From positions 1 through 58,934 of the forward strand of contig JAYVGI010000171.1 of NCBI GenBank assembly GCA_043772355.1: a DNA stretch of 58,934 nucleotides. Reading direction: 5' to 3'. The position numbers were made by a program, and so were the translations under genes. The stretch is from Polaromonas sp. GTDB lineage: Bacteria > Pseudomonadota > Gammaproteobacteria > Burkholderiales > Burkholderiaceae_C. Shown here piece by piece: positions 8,530 to 18,048 of the stretch (positions within the stretch are counted from its first letter, which is position 1; each line of letters starts with the position of its first letter). Below the pieces are notes generated by a model, which made no database searches, was not told the DNA's origin, and saw only the letters and a list, made by a program, of their open reading frames with translations.

Positions 8530-10479
8530 TTAAAACGCCCAGGCACCGAGCTGGTAATAGTCAAAGCCGCTGGTGCGCCCGCCGATGCATTGGGCTAAAA
8601 AGTCTTCGGTTTTGCGGTACATGGCCAGGTTGTTGCTCCACTTCATGTTGCCGTGCCCGTCGCCTTGGAAGGTGACGTAGTCCACCTGTTTGCCGGCTTT
8701 TTGCAGGGCGGCCACCATCAGATCCGATTGCTCCCGCTTCACGCGCGGGTCGTTGATACCTTGCATGATCAAAATGGGTTGGGTGGCAAGGTGCGCTTTG
8801 AACAGGGGCGACTTGGCATCCATGATTTTGCGGTGCTCGGGGTTGGCGGGGTCGCCTACATAGCGGGTCCAAATGGGCAAACCCAGCTCCCAGTAGGCCG
8901 GCACGGTCTCCAGCAGGCGCGCTAGGTGGCTCACGCCCACATAGTCGACGGCGCAGGCAAACACTTCGGGCGTGAAGGTGGCCCCTACCAGGGCTGAATA
9001 GCCGCCATAGCTGGCACCCCAAATAGCCACCTTGGCAGGGTCTACCGTGCCAGACTGCCCGGCCCAGCGCACAGCGTCAACTAAATCGTCGTGCATTTTG
9101 CCCGCAAACTCGCCAATGGCTTTTTCCGTAAATGCCCGACCATAGCCTGTGGAGCCACGGTAATTGACCTGGAGCACGGCGTAGCCCCGGTTGGCTAAAA
9201 ATTGCTTCATGGTGCCTTCGCCCCAGCGGTCACGCGCCCAGGGGCCACCGTGGACCAGGAGCACCATGGGTAGTTTTTCAGGCTTCACGCCGGTGGGCAG
9301 GGTTAAATAGCCGTGGATGGTCAAACCATCGCGGCTGGTGTAGGAGATGGGTTGGGTGGGCGACAGGCTGGCGGACAGGCGCATTAAGGTGCTTTCGCCC
9401 AGCAAGATGGGTTCGTTGGCAGTGCCGGCGTAGAGATAGCTTTGCGTGCCTAGATCGGTCTCTATCGCCACCGTCATGGCGCGCTCTTCATCGTCGGCGC
9501 TGGTGACGTAGATGGCGGCGGGCTTGCCTTTGGAGAGCGCCGCAAAGCGGGCCCGCAGCGCGGGGTCAAATATCTCCTGCTGTGGATAGCCGGGCACGGA
9601 ATGGGCGACCAGAGGTGTACGCGTTTTTCTGCTCAAACGCACATGGTCTACATCCACCTCGGGCGCGCCATACACCACGGTCTCTGCGCCATTGGCGGGG
9701 TCCAGCCTGACCAGTGCCATTTTGTCCCGTCCGCGGTTAGACAGCGCCCAGGCCGTCTGGCCATCTTCTGCAAAATCAAATGGGCGAACCGCTTCAAAGC
9801 GGCTCCATTCGGCATTGGTCTTCCAGGTGCTCAGGTCGGGTGATGTGGGCACTTGCAGCAGGCTGCGCTCACCTTCTAGCAGCACGCGTGCGCGCAGTGT
9901 GCCAGTGCGGTCCACGCCCCACCACGCCACACGGCCAGGGTTGGTGGCCACCAAGCGGTGTTGGCCTGTGGCCATGTCTAGCTGGTACAGGTCAAACACC
10001 TTTTTGTCACGCCGATTGGCCGTGACCATCAAACTCTGCCCACCGTCCACCACCTGCAAGATGTGCGAGGCGGTTTGGGCAAACGGGGTCAAATCCCGCA
10101 ACTGGGTATCGCTACCGTCTACCGTGCCGACATAGATATGGGTGTCTTCATCGCCGCCCGTGTCGGCCACCAGTGCAATGTATTGGCTGTTGGCCGACCA
10201 CCGGTAGTAGCGCGCCTTTAGCGGGAAGGCCTTCTCGTCGTTTTGACCGATGGTTTTGACCCACACCGCAGGCCGCACGCCCGAGGCTCCCATCCACGCC
10301 AGCTTCTTGCCGTCGGGGGATACGGAATAGCCCCCGGTAGCCTGCCGGTCGGCGACAAAGTCACGCACCGGGATCAAACGGGGCAAGCCGTCGCCCGCCA
10401 GCCCCGGGTGCGAGGGCGCGGTGGCGCAGCCCCCTGCGCAGACAAGTGCGGCGATGGATAAAAGCAATGGGATGCGCAT
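8530..10479 (-). CDS. S9 family serine peptidase (prolyl oligopeptidase / dipeptidyl aminopeptidase-like), probable lipoprotein
   Basis: 649 aa. Signal and lipobox LLSIAALVCAGGC. Beta-propeller-like N-terminal half. C-terminal alpha/beta-hydrolase domain with the nucleophile motif GASYGGY and a ...GDGHG... His region. Confidence 0.9.
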   Translation of the reverse strand: MRIPLLLSIAALVCAGGCATAPSHPGLAGDGLPRLIPVRDFVADRQATGGYSVSPDGKKLAWMGASGVRPAVWVKTIGQNDEKAFPLKARYYRWSANSQYIALVADTGGDEDTHIYVGTVDGSDTQLRDLTPFAQTASHILQVVDGGQSLMVTANRRDKKVFDLYQLDMATGQHRLVATNPGRVAWWGVDRTGTLRARVLLEGERSLLQVPTSPDLSTWKTNAEWSRFEAVRPFDFAEDGQTAWALSNRGRDKMALVRLDPANGAETVVYGAPEVDVDHVRLSRKTRTPLVAHSVPGYPQQEIFDPALRARFAALSKGKPAAIYVTSADDEERAMTVAIETDLGTQSYLYAGTANEPILLGESTLMRLSASLSPTQPISYTSRDGLTIHGYLTLPTGVKPEKLPMVLLVHGGPWARDRWGEGTMKQFLANRGYAVLQVNYRGSTGYGRAFTEKAIGEFAGKMHDDLVDAVRWAGQSGTVDPAKVAIWGASYGGYSALVGATFTPEVFACAVDYVGVSHLARLLETVPAYWELGLPIWTRYVGDPANPEHRKIMDAKSPLFKAHLATQPILIMQGINDPRVKREQSDLMVAALQKAGKQVDYVTFQGDGHGNMKWSNNLAMYRKTEDFLAQCIGGRTSGFDYYQLGAWAF

Positions 10480-10762
10480 GAGGTCTCCTGAGGGTGATCG
10501 CCTTCGGCACTATGCATTGAACCGGGGCATTGGATCGGGGCATTGTGCGGGCTAAAAGCGATGCAGGTCAACTTAGGCAGGCTCGTGGGTCGCTATCAGC
10601 GCGTCCCTATCACCCAAAGGCAGGTCTTGCCAGTGGCACCGGTGGGCATTGCGGATAGAAATGTGTGTACAAAATGTGTGTACTTTATGCAAAAAGCCTG
10701 AAAATTCGGCGCTACAGGTGCCAAAACCACGATTTTCACCTGTTTTACCCTTTAAAAAACGT

Positions 10763-10806
10763 ATTAGCCAGCAATATTAAAGGGCTTGTAGCTATTGAAT
10801 ATATAG
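10763..10806 (-). repeat. ATAGCTGCT-type dispersed repeat copy
   Basis: The reverse complement is ctatatattcaatagctacaagccctttaatattgctggctaat. Confidence 0.65.
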
Positions 10807-10935
10807 TGCGTGGGTGCAAGCGCAGGGAACGCTTGGGTTGACGCAAAAACCGCCAGCGGGGGCGCAAGTATCGCCAGCGCTTACGCAAAGATCTGCGGCG
10901 GCGGCGCAATGTGCCGACAACACTGCGAAAGCGCA

Positions 10936-10984
10936 CGCTATGCATTGCGTAGCTGCTCACGTATATTTAATGCTGGCTATTGGC
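10936..10984 (+). repeat. ATAGCTGCT-type dispersed repeat copy
   Basis: cgctatgcattgcgtagctgctcacgtatatttaatgctggctattggc. Inverted relative to the copy at 10763..10806. Confidence 0.7.
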
Positions 10985-11067
10985 TGGTAGATACAAAGAA
11001 CCGGCTTTGTGCGGCTGGTGCAAGGTGGCTGGCGCGCTGGCGTTGGGAGAGTTTGGCTTTTGTAGCG

Positions 11068-11178
11068 CAATCAGGTGGGCGGAGCCACTTCAGCCGCGCG
11101 GCTGTCCCCCGTGCTGGCCTGTAGCCAGCCACTACTCCTTGATGCCGCTAAGCTGAAGTAGCACCGCCCACCTGATTG
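11068..11178 (+). repeat. Structured palindromic element, copy 1 (variable outer stem, conserved core CGCGGCTGTCCCCCG...CTCCTT..ATGCCGCT)
   Basis: Outer stem caatcaggtgggcgg/ccgcccacctgattg, inner hairpin gctggcctgtagccagc. The same architecture occurs at 32201..32305 and, inverted, at 32358..32460. Confidence 0.7.
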
Positions 11179-11211
11179 GGCTGGCTTGCTGGGTCGCTTG
11201 AAAACATCGTT

Positions 11212-11460
11212 ACTCACTAAATAGTAGCACTCCGTCTAAGCAGGCCAGTGGGGTACATGGGTAAAGGTTAAAAATAGGCATCCTGTACGTTGGATAGCCG
11301 CTGTTTGCCGAAAACCTGCCAGACGGGCTGCTTGCAGCGCATTTTGAGCACGGGTGGTACTACTTATTCCATAGCTGCTTCCGCATGATTTTAGAGGGCT
11401 ACAGGCATACGGTGATTTAAAAATGGCAGCGCTCCAAGCAGAAAATTCACAGTTTCTGGC
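11212..11460 (+). repeat. Intergenic element of about 250 nt, paralogous to 44662..44905 (contains an ATAGCTGCT-type unit at 11359-11406)
   Basis: Shared blocks are tagcactccNtctaagcaggccagtggggtacaYgggta, tttgccgNaaacctg, actactNattccatagctgctNccgc and ttcNcagttt...gccgat. The 5' motif recurs inverted at 11525-11552 (ttaccctgtgtaccccactggccagccc). Confidence 0.65.
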
Positions 11461-11549
11461 CGATGCGCAAGTCGCCAGCGACTTCGCAACGCTCCCAACC
11501 GTACCGCGCGACACAATATGGGCGTTACCCTGTGTACCCCACTGGCCAG

Positions 11550-11574
11550 CCCTCTCCCGCAATGCGGGAGAGGG
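11550..11574. repeat. REP-like GC-rich hairpin (ccctctcccgc-aat-gcgggagaggg)
   Basis: Perfect 11-bp stem. The same motif family occurs at 33539..33632 and 37702..37740. Confidence 0.7.
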
Positions 11575-11881
11575 TGCCGGGAATGCACTTCCACCGGCGC
11601 GTGCTACGGGCTCATGCGCAGCGCTGCGCTGGCTCTGTTGGCGCGGACGCAGCACCAAGCTGGCCTGATCCAGTACACAAGCCAAGCCCTTCAGATCCAG
11701 CTGGCTATCCACTAAAAATCACATAGAACCGTTTTTTTCTATCTCCCTTAGCCTTCGCCCAGAGATGATTGCGGTGCGTGTACGCAGGATGGGTTAGATT
11801 GGTATATACTTGATTGATCAAGTAAATATCAAGCACATATCAAATTAACCCATTCAACCATTACGATATAAGGTAAAAACC

Positions 11882-12367
11882 ATGGATAAAGATGCACCCG
11901 TTCTGCCTGTGAGCGCAGCCGCCAGTCCCGCCAGCCCAAGTCTGGAGTTTTGTTTGCGCCTGACCCGTGCCTACGCGGTGCTGACGCGCCGATTGGACAA
12001 TGCGCTGTCCAGTTTGCATGGTTTGAGTTTTGGCGACTTCATGATTCTGTATTACCTGGACCGCGCACCGGCCAGCAGGCTGCGCCGTATTGATCTGGCA
12101 GAGCGCCTTGGGCTAACCGCCTCGGGCGTGACCCGCAGCTTGCTGCCCTTGGAAAAACTGGGTCTGGTCTCGCGCCTTTCAGATCCGCGTGATGCCCGTG
12201 TGGGCTTTGCGGTACTGACGCAGGCGGGGCAACAATTGCTCAAGTATGCGTTGGTGTCCATCGAGCCTGTCAGCCATGAGGCCACGCAGGTGATGCCCAG
12301 TGACCAAAGGGATGCGTTTGCTGCGCTGCTGGGGCAGCTGGCGGGCATCCATCTGGCTAATAATTGA
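11882..12367 (+). CDS. MarR family transcriptional regulator
   Basis: 161 aa. wHTH region LSFGDFMILYYLDRAPASRLRRIDLAERLGLTASGVTRSLLPLEKLGLVSRLSDPRDARV is typical of MarR. Confidence 0.9.
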   Translation: MDKDAPVLPVSAAASPASPSLEFCLRLTRAYAVLTRRLDNALSSLHGLSFGDFMILYYLDRAPASRLRRIDLAERLGLTASGVTRSLLPLEKLGLVSRLSDPRDARVGFAVLTQAGQQLLKYALVSIEPVSHEATQVMPSDQRDAFAALLGQLAGIHLANN

Positions 12368-13564
12368 TTATGCGGTTGCTCGTGGGTGCCGCTTGCCATT
12401 GAGCATGCGCCCAATCCATGTGGATCGCACGCCGTAATGGTAGGTGAGCAGCAACAGGGTGCAACTGGCTGCATTGATGATGAAAAATTTGATCGCCCAA
12501 TGCAGATCTATCAAGATGAGCGAGGTCTGCAGCGCCATCACCAGCGGTAGGTGCATGAGGTACATCCAATAGGACGCGTCGGCGAGGTAGCGGATCAGCA
12601 TGCTCTTTTTGTTCAGGTACTTGATGCCCACACCCACAAAGGCCATCGTCCAGCAGATGAGGGTCATCGCATAGGCTAGCGCGTACAGAAGCTTGTGGTT
12701 TTGAATAACGGCACCGGGTGTTTGTGCGCCCAAGATCGCCATACACACCAGCGCACCCGCCAAGCCCAGAACGAAGTTAAGCAGCCATTGGCGCGCCAGT
12801 GCGTCCAGCAAGTGCCGTTGCCTGTCCAGCAGCCAACCCAAGGCGAATACGTAGGCATAGATCAACAAAGGGATGGCGGGAGGAATGAGGGTGTAGGCCG
12901 GGGTGGGTACGCCCATGGCAGCTACCCAGTGGGGGATGAAAAACAATGCTGCTGCAACGGGCAGCGCCAGAATGAGTGAACCCAATGGGAGAGTGATGGC
13001 GGCGCGAAGCCATTGGTCTACCACCTTAGCGATGACGCCTTTGCGATCCACGACAAGCAGCAGCTCACGCGCAAGGATCACGATGGCATAGAGCCACACC
13101 AGCAGATACAAAAACCACAGATGCATGAAGTTGGGCCCTGCATCCATCATGGCCTTGGGCAACGTCTGCGGCATGACGCCGTGGTTCGCTTTTGCCAGCG
13201 CCCAGAACACCACGCCAATGATCAACGCGAAACACACCACCCATCCGAGTGCCAGCGGTGCCACGATGCGCGCAGCTCTGTTGCGACAAAATGCCTTGAG
13301 TCCCAAGCGCTGAAACAGCGCGCGGGATAGGTAACCCGCAATAAGAAAAAACACCGACATCCGAAAGGTGTGGATGACGAACATGGTGATGCCCAGCGTC
13401 GTACTCTTGTGGATATCGCTGATCGGCCACAGCTGTACCGGGATGCCTGGGACGAAGGACAGGCAGGCGTGCAACACAATTCCCAGCAATAGAGCCGCAG
13501 CACGGATGGCGTCCAGGGCGTACAGCCGTGGAGGTTCTTGTGCAGAGTCAGCCGACGTATTCAT
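12368..13564 (-). CDS. Acyltransferase family 3 (OpgC/OafA-like) integral membrane protein
   Basis: 398 aa with about 10 TM segments. The N-terminal motif LYALDAIRAAALLLGIVLHACLSF is characteristic of acyltransferase_3. Confidence 0.8.
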   Translation of the reverse strand: MNTSADSAQEPPRLYALDAIRAAALLLGIVLHACLSFVPGIPVQLWPISDIHKSTTLGITMFVIHTFRMSVFFLIAGYLSRALFQRLGLKAFCRNRAARIVAPLALGWVVCFALIIGVVFWALAKANHGVMPQTLPKAMMDAGPNFMHLWFLYLLVWLYAIVILARELLLVVDRKGVIAKVVDQWLRAAITLPLGSLILALPVAAALFFIPHWVAAMGVPTPAYTLIPPAIPLLIYAYVFALGWLLDRQRHLLDALARQWLLNFVLGLAGALVCMAILGAQTPGAVIQNHKLLYALAYAMTLICWTMAFVGVGIKYLNKKSMLIRYLADASYWMYLMHLPLVMALQTSLILIDLHWAIKFFIINAASCTLLLLTYHYGVRSTWIGRMLNGKRHPRATA

Positions 13565-13726
13565 GGCTTGTAAATCACTAAAATTAATGGCGAAATAATG
13601 CCAAACAGATCGTAACAGCCAAGATCTCAGGCACCGCCGCCATGGTCATATCCTCAACTTAAATTTTAATTTCTATGAAATTCGTGCAAAATATAGAAAA
13701 ATCTTAAATTCCATTTATATTTCTAT

Positions 13727-15226
13727 ATGAAGCACGCTGTGGGATATGAATTTTTGCGCCAGTTTTGCGGTGAACAAGCGCTGGTACACCAGCCTATCGC
13801 ATGCGTCGGTTCAGTCACGCGAGTCACTTTGGTGGGTGATACGCTTTTGGTGCCAGCTACAGTTGCGCCCCAAGGGGTTGATTTACTGGGGCATTTGCTA
13901 TTTGCCCTCAAGCATGAAGGCACCAACCTGGCTATTTTGGCACAGACACTGCCCCAGGTGGGCGCGCAGCAGTTGCTTGCCGCCCTGGCTGCTGCGCCCA
14001 CCAGCAGCTATTTGCGCGTGCTGTGCTTTTTGTGGGAGTACTTTGCAGGGCAAACCTTGTCCATGGCTGCGGTTGCCAAAAATACGGCGACGGCACTGGT
14101 GTTTGACCCCAAACGCTACATCACCACCGTGCAAGGGCGTGATGCGCGCTGGCACGTGAGCTTTAATGGGCTGGGTACGCTGGCGTATTGCGCCACTGTG
14201 CGCCGCACGGCAGCGATTGAAATCGGTATCGCGCGTGATACCCTGGGGCAAACCCAGGCCTTTGCCGCAGCACTGCCCAAGCCTGCGCTGGATCGGGCCT
14301 TGCAATGGGCCTATTTGCACGAGACCGAGAGCAGCTTTGCCATCGAGAACGAAGCACCCACCCAGCAGCGAGCGCAGGCCTTTGTACACCTGCTCCAGCA
14401 AGCGCATGCGCCGCAAGAGCTGACAGAGCAGCAACTGGTGGCGCTGCAAAACGCCGTCATTAGCAACCCTCACTTGCATGCCGTAGCCTACCGCAGCGAG
14501 CAAAACTGGCTACGCGGCCCTGGGCGGGGTGCTTTAGGCGTGAGCTACGTGCCGCCCGCGCCTGATTTAGCGGCGCAGTTGATGCAGCAACTATTGGTGC
14601 TTGCACGCGACTTGCCACGCAGCATCGACCCGATTGTGGCCGCCAGTATTTGCTCGTTTGGGCTGGTCTACATCCACCCGTTTATGGACGGCAATGGCAG
14701 GCTGTCGCGGTTTTTATTTCACCGTGCGCTGTGCCAGTCTGGGCGGCTTCCCAGCGGGCTGATCCTGCCGGTATCGGTAGCCATGCAGAGGCGCGAGGCA
14801 GAATACTTGGCCTGCTTGCAAGCGTTTTCCAAGCCCGCTCGGGCGTTTTGGCAAGTGACCTGGGTGGACGAAGGGCAGTACCAGTTGGAGTGGCAAGGGC
14901 ATGACAGCCTGTACCGCTACTGGGATGCCACCGCCTGCGCCGAGTTTGGCTTGGCCGTGGCGCAAGAAGCGCTGGAAGTAGAGCTACAGCAAGAATCTGA
15001 GTTCTTGGCGCGCTACGATGCGGTATATTCCGCTGTGAATGCACAGTTTGATCTGCACAACAATGATCTTGCCACTTTGGTGCTGAGCGTGTTGGGTAAC
15101 GACGGCGTGCTGTCCAGCCACCGTCGAAAGCAATTTGCCCACCGCGTGCCAGAGGCCGCTTTCAAGCTGCTGGAGCAAGTGGCCCAAGCACAAAGCGTTC
15201 GTGCCCGTTCATGTTCCGTCGCATGA
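13727..15226 (+). CDS. Fic family protein (class-II-like, N-terminal inhibitory motif present)
   Basis: 499 aa. Fic core IHPFMDGNGRLSR (HPFx[D/E]GNGR). The upstream candidate alpha-inh motif SFAIEN fits [S/T]xxxE[G/N]. The leader 13600-13726 is AT-rich, with TTTCTAT/ATAGAAA repeats and no clear SD. Confidence 0.85.
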   Translation: MKHAVGYEFLRQFCGEQALVHQPIACVGSVTRVTLVGDTLLVPATVAPQGVDLLGHLLFALKHEGTNLAILAQTLPQVGAQQLLAALAAAPTSSYLRVLCFLWEYFAGQTLSMAAVAKNTATALVFDPKRYITTVQGRDARWHVSFNGLGTLAYCATVRRTAAIEIGIARDTLGQTQAFAAALPKPALDRALQWAYLHETESSFAIENEAPTQQRAQAFVHLLQQAHAPQELTEQQLVALQNAVISNPHLHAVAYRSEQNWLRGPGRGALGVSYVPPAPDLAAQLMQQLLVLARDLPRSIDPIVAASICSFGLVYIHPFMDGNGRLSRFLFHRALCQSGRLPSGLILPVSVAMQRREAEYLACLQAFSKPARAFWQVTWVDEGQYQLEWQGHDSLYRYWDATACAEFGLAVAQEALEVELQQESEFLARYDAVYSAVNAQFDLHNNDLATLVLSVLGNDGVLSSHRRKQFAHRVPEAAFKLLEQVAQAQSVRARSCSVA

Positions 15227-15283
15227 AGTGCGTTTGTGCATAGGTCAAAGTGGCGTTGGCCTATGCACGACGGGAATCAATGC

Positions 15284-16840
15284 TCAACTCATGATCCCAA
15301 TCTGCCAAGGCACAAACTCATAGTCGCCCAAGCCCAGCTTTTCACTCTTGGAGGCCTCACCCGATGCCGTGCGCAAAAAGAGTTCAAAGATTTGTTGCCC
15401 CATCTCTTGCACGGACACGGTGCCGTCCAAAATTTCGCCGCAGTTGATGTCCATGTCTTCCTGCAGCTTGTTAAACATGGGGCTGTTGGTGGCCAGTTTG
15501 ATGCAGGGGGCGGGCTTGGAGCCGAACATGGAGCCGCGCCCGGTGGTAAAGGCGATCAGGTTAGCACCGCCAGCAATTTGGCCGGTGGCGGACACCGGGT
15601 CGAAACCGGGGGTGTCCATGAAGACAAAGCCTTTGGTGGTGACGGGCTCGGCGTATTGGTAAACCTCCATCAGTGGGCCGGTACCGCCTTTCATGGACGA
15701 GCCGAGGGACTTTTCAAAGATGTTGGCCAAGCCGCCGATTTGGTTGCCGGGGCTGACTACGCCGTTGATTTGCACGTCGCGGCCTACGGAGTAAACGTCT
15801 TTCCACCAGCGGATGCGCTCGATGAGTTTTTTGCCAATGTCTACCGTGGCCGCGCGGCGGGTGAGGGTGTGTTCTACGCCGTAGATCTCGGGCGTTTCTG
15901 ACAAGATACCGGTGCCGCCGTGGCGTGCCAATATGTCTACCGCTGCGCCCAGCGCCGGGTTGGCGGTGATGGAAGAAAAGCCGTCCGAGCCGCCGCACTG
16001 CAAGCCTACGCTCAGGTGGCTGGCGGACACGGTTTGGCGCTTCACGTTATTGGCCTCAGGCAGCAGGGCCTTGACGGCTTCAATGCCTGCGGCAATCGTC
16101 TGGCGTGTGCCGCCACTCTCTTGCATGATGAAGGTATGCAGGTGCGGGCTGGCGGCCAGCTCTTCCTGCTCTAGCAGGCCCTTCAATTGGTTGCGCTCGC
16201 AGCCCAGGCCGATCACCATCGCGGCGGCCAAATTGGGGTGGCGGATGTAGCCTGCCATGGTGCGGCGCAAGAGCTGCATCGGCTCACCGCTCATCTCCAT
16301 GCCGCAGCCAATCGAGTGGCTAAAGGCCACTACGCCGTCGACATTGGGGTAGGCGGCCAGGCGCTCGGGGGTAAACCATTCGGCAATTTTGTTAACCACG
16401 GTGGCCGAGCAGTTGACGGTGGACAAGATGCCGATGAAGTTGCGCGTGCCTACCTTGCCGTTGGCGCGTACATAACCCTGAAACGTGGCGCGCTCGGCCT
16501 CAGGCAGCAACTGCACGGGCTTGAATTCGCTGGAATAAGCATAGTCGCGGTCAAACTCTTTGAACTCGGTGTTGTGGCTGTGTACCATCGTGCCGGGCTC
16601 GATGTCTACATGCGCAAAACCTACTGTCACGTTGTACTTGAGGATGGGCTGGCCTTTGGGGATTTTTTTAGTCGCAATTTTGTAGCCCGCCGTCACCTGT
16701 GCTTTGCTGGTGACGCGCTCGCCCGCTTCGGTGTCAAACGCCATGCCAATGGGCACGTCTAAGCGCGCTACCACCACGTTGTCGTTGGGGTGCAAGCGGA
16801 TCACGGGGCCCATCATGCGTTTGTTGGAGGTCTCTATCAT
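15284..16840 (-). CDS. UxaA family hydrolyase (altronate / galactarate dehydratase-like)
   Basis: ORF 15284..16882 starts at a TTG inside a hairpin repeat, so the ATG at 16840 (MIETSNK...) is preferred. SAF-like N-terminus IRLHPNDNVVVA. The long C-terminal domain has motifs such as GCGMEMSG and LQCGGSDGFSSITANPALG, typical of UxaA/GarD. Confidence 0.8.
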   Translation of the reverse strand: MIETSNKRMMGPVIRLHPNDNVVVARLDVPIGMAFDTEAGERVTSKAQVTAGYKIATKKIPKGQPILKYNVTVGFAHVDIEPGTMVHSHNTEFKEFDRDYAYSSEFKPVQLLPEAERATFQGYVRANGKVGTRNFIGILSTVNCSATVVNKIAEWFTPERLAAYPNVDGVVAFSHSIGCGMEMSGEPMQLLRRTMAGYIRHPNLAAAMVIGLGCERNQLKGLLEQEELAASPHLHTFIMQESGGTRQTIAAGIEAVKALLPEANNVKRQTVSASHLSVGLQCGGSDGFSSITANPALGAAVDILARHGGTGILSETPEIYGVEHTLTRRAATVDIGKKLIERIRWWKDVYSVGRDVQINGVVSPGNQIGGLANIFEKSLGSSMKGGTGPLMEVYQYAEPVTTKGFVFMDTPGFDPVSATGQIAGGANLIAFTTGRGSMFGSKPAPCIKLATNSPMFNKLQEDMDINCGEILDGTVSVQEMGQQIFELFLRTASGEASKSEKLGLGDYEFVPWQIGIMS

Positions 16841-16873
16841 TCTGCTGCTTTCGGGAATGGGGGTGTTGGGGAG

Positions 16874-16992
16874 GTAACGCAAAAAGCGACAAAAATTAAA
16901 TTACAAAAAACGCAAAAAATATTGAAAAACAATCTGAAGCGATATTGTATTTTTTAGCGGTTTTTGCGAATTTTTTGCGCTTTTCGCGTTAC
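16874..16992. repeat. Hairpin repeat with ACGCAAAA-type arms between the Bug gene and the uxaA-like gene
   Basis: gtaacgcaaaaagcgacaaaaatt ... gcgaattttttgcgcttttcgcgttac, an imperfect inverted repeat of about 25 bp. Confidence 0.6.
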
Positions 16993-17018
16993 ATCAGACT
17001 CGCAATACGTACTAACTT

Positions 17019-18014
17019 TTATTCAGGCTTAACCCCGGATTCTTTCACCAGCGGTGCCCATTTGGTGATCTCACTTTTGATGTAGCTGCCCAGTTGCTCG
17101 GGCGTGCTGGTGCGCACCTCAAAGCCTTGGCCTGCGAGCTTGTCGCGCATCTCTGTGTCTTGCAGTGCCTTGGTGACTTCGGCGTTCAGCTTGGCGACGA
17201 TGTCTTTGGGGGTGCCTGCGGGTGCAACCAAAGCATAGACCAGCTCCACCTCAAAGCCGGGATAGCTCTCGGCAATGGTCGGCACCTCGGGCGCGTTGGC
17301 CGAGCGCTTGAGGCTGGTTACGCCCATGGCATTGAGCTTGCCGGATTTGATGTGCGCCAGCACCGACGGCGTGCCAGCGAGGATGAGCTGGATCTGACCA
17401 CCCAGCACATCGTTCATCGCAGGCGCAGCGCCTTTGTAGGGAACGTGTTGAAAGTCGGTGCCTGCCAGGTTGTTAAACAGCAAGCCGCCCAAGTGCAGCG
17501 GCGTGCCCGCGCCTGCGGTGCCGTAGTTGAACTTGGCGGGGTTGGCTTTGACCAATGTGACCAGTTCTTTGAGGTTCTTCGCAGGCACGCTGGGGTGCGC
17601 AGCCAAGATCAAGGACGACGCTGCGGTGAGCGAAATGGGCGCAAAGTCGCGCACCGTGTTGTAGGCCAGCTTAGGGTACATGGCTTCGTTGATCGCTTGG
17701 GTGCCTACCATCATTAAGAGGAGGGTGTAGCCATCGGCTGGGGATTTGGCGACGAACTCTGCCGCCAGGTTCGTGCCTGCGCCGGGCTTGTTGTCGGCAA
17801 TGACGGGCTGACCTAAAGCGACGTTGAGCTTTTGCGCAATCGCGCGGCCCAGCACGTCAGACGGGCCACCGGGTGCGAAGGGGATAACGATTTTGATCGG
17901 TTTGTCAGGGTAGACGGCGTGGGCCACATTGCCCAATGGGGCAAGGGTGCTTAATCCGAGAACAGCCATAGCCATTGCAACAGCCACTGGTTTTATTTTT
18001 TGAAACGCTATCAT
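17019..18014 (-). CDS. Bug family (TctC-like) tripartite tricarboxylate transporter substrate-binding protein
   Basis: ORF 17019..18050, with the internal ATG at 18014 giving signal peptide MIAFQKIKPVAVAMAMAVLGL...AHA. The following YPDKPIKIVIPFAPGGPSD and GYTLLL motifs are typical of Bug proteins. Confidence 0.9.
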   Translation of the reverse strand: MIAFQKIKPVAVAMAMAVLGLSTLAPLGNVAHAVYPDKPIKIVIPFAPGGPSDVLGRAIAQKLNVALGQPVIADNKPGAGTNLAAEFVAKSPADGYTLLLMMVGTQAINEAMYPKLAYNTVRDFAPISLTAASSLILAAHPSVPAKNLKELVTLVKANPAKFNYGTAGAGTPLHLGGLLFNNLAGTDFQHVPYKGAAPAMNDVLGGQIQLILAGTPSVLAHIKSGKLNAMGVTSLKRSANAPEVPTIAESYPGFEVELVYALVAPAGTPKDIVAKLNAEVTKALQDTEMRDKLAGQGFEVRTSTPEQLGSYIKSEITKWAPLVKESGVKPE

Positions 18015-18048
18015 CCTAGACTCCTGTGAACTAAAAAAATGAAACACC

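Noticed and set aside
11236-11712. ORFs inside the 10.5-11.9 kb spacer: 10745..10960, 10810..11124, 11236..11712, 11391..11594.
   Set aside because: They run across repeat units and hairpins, their composition is atypical, and they have no RBS or family motif.
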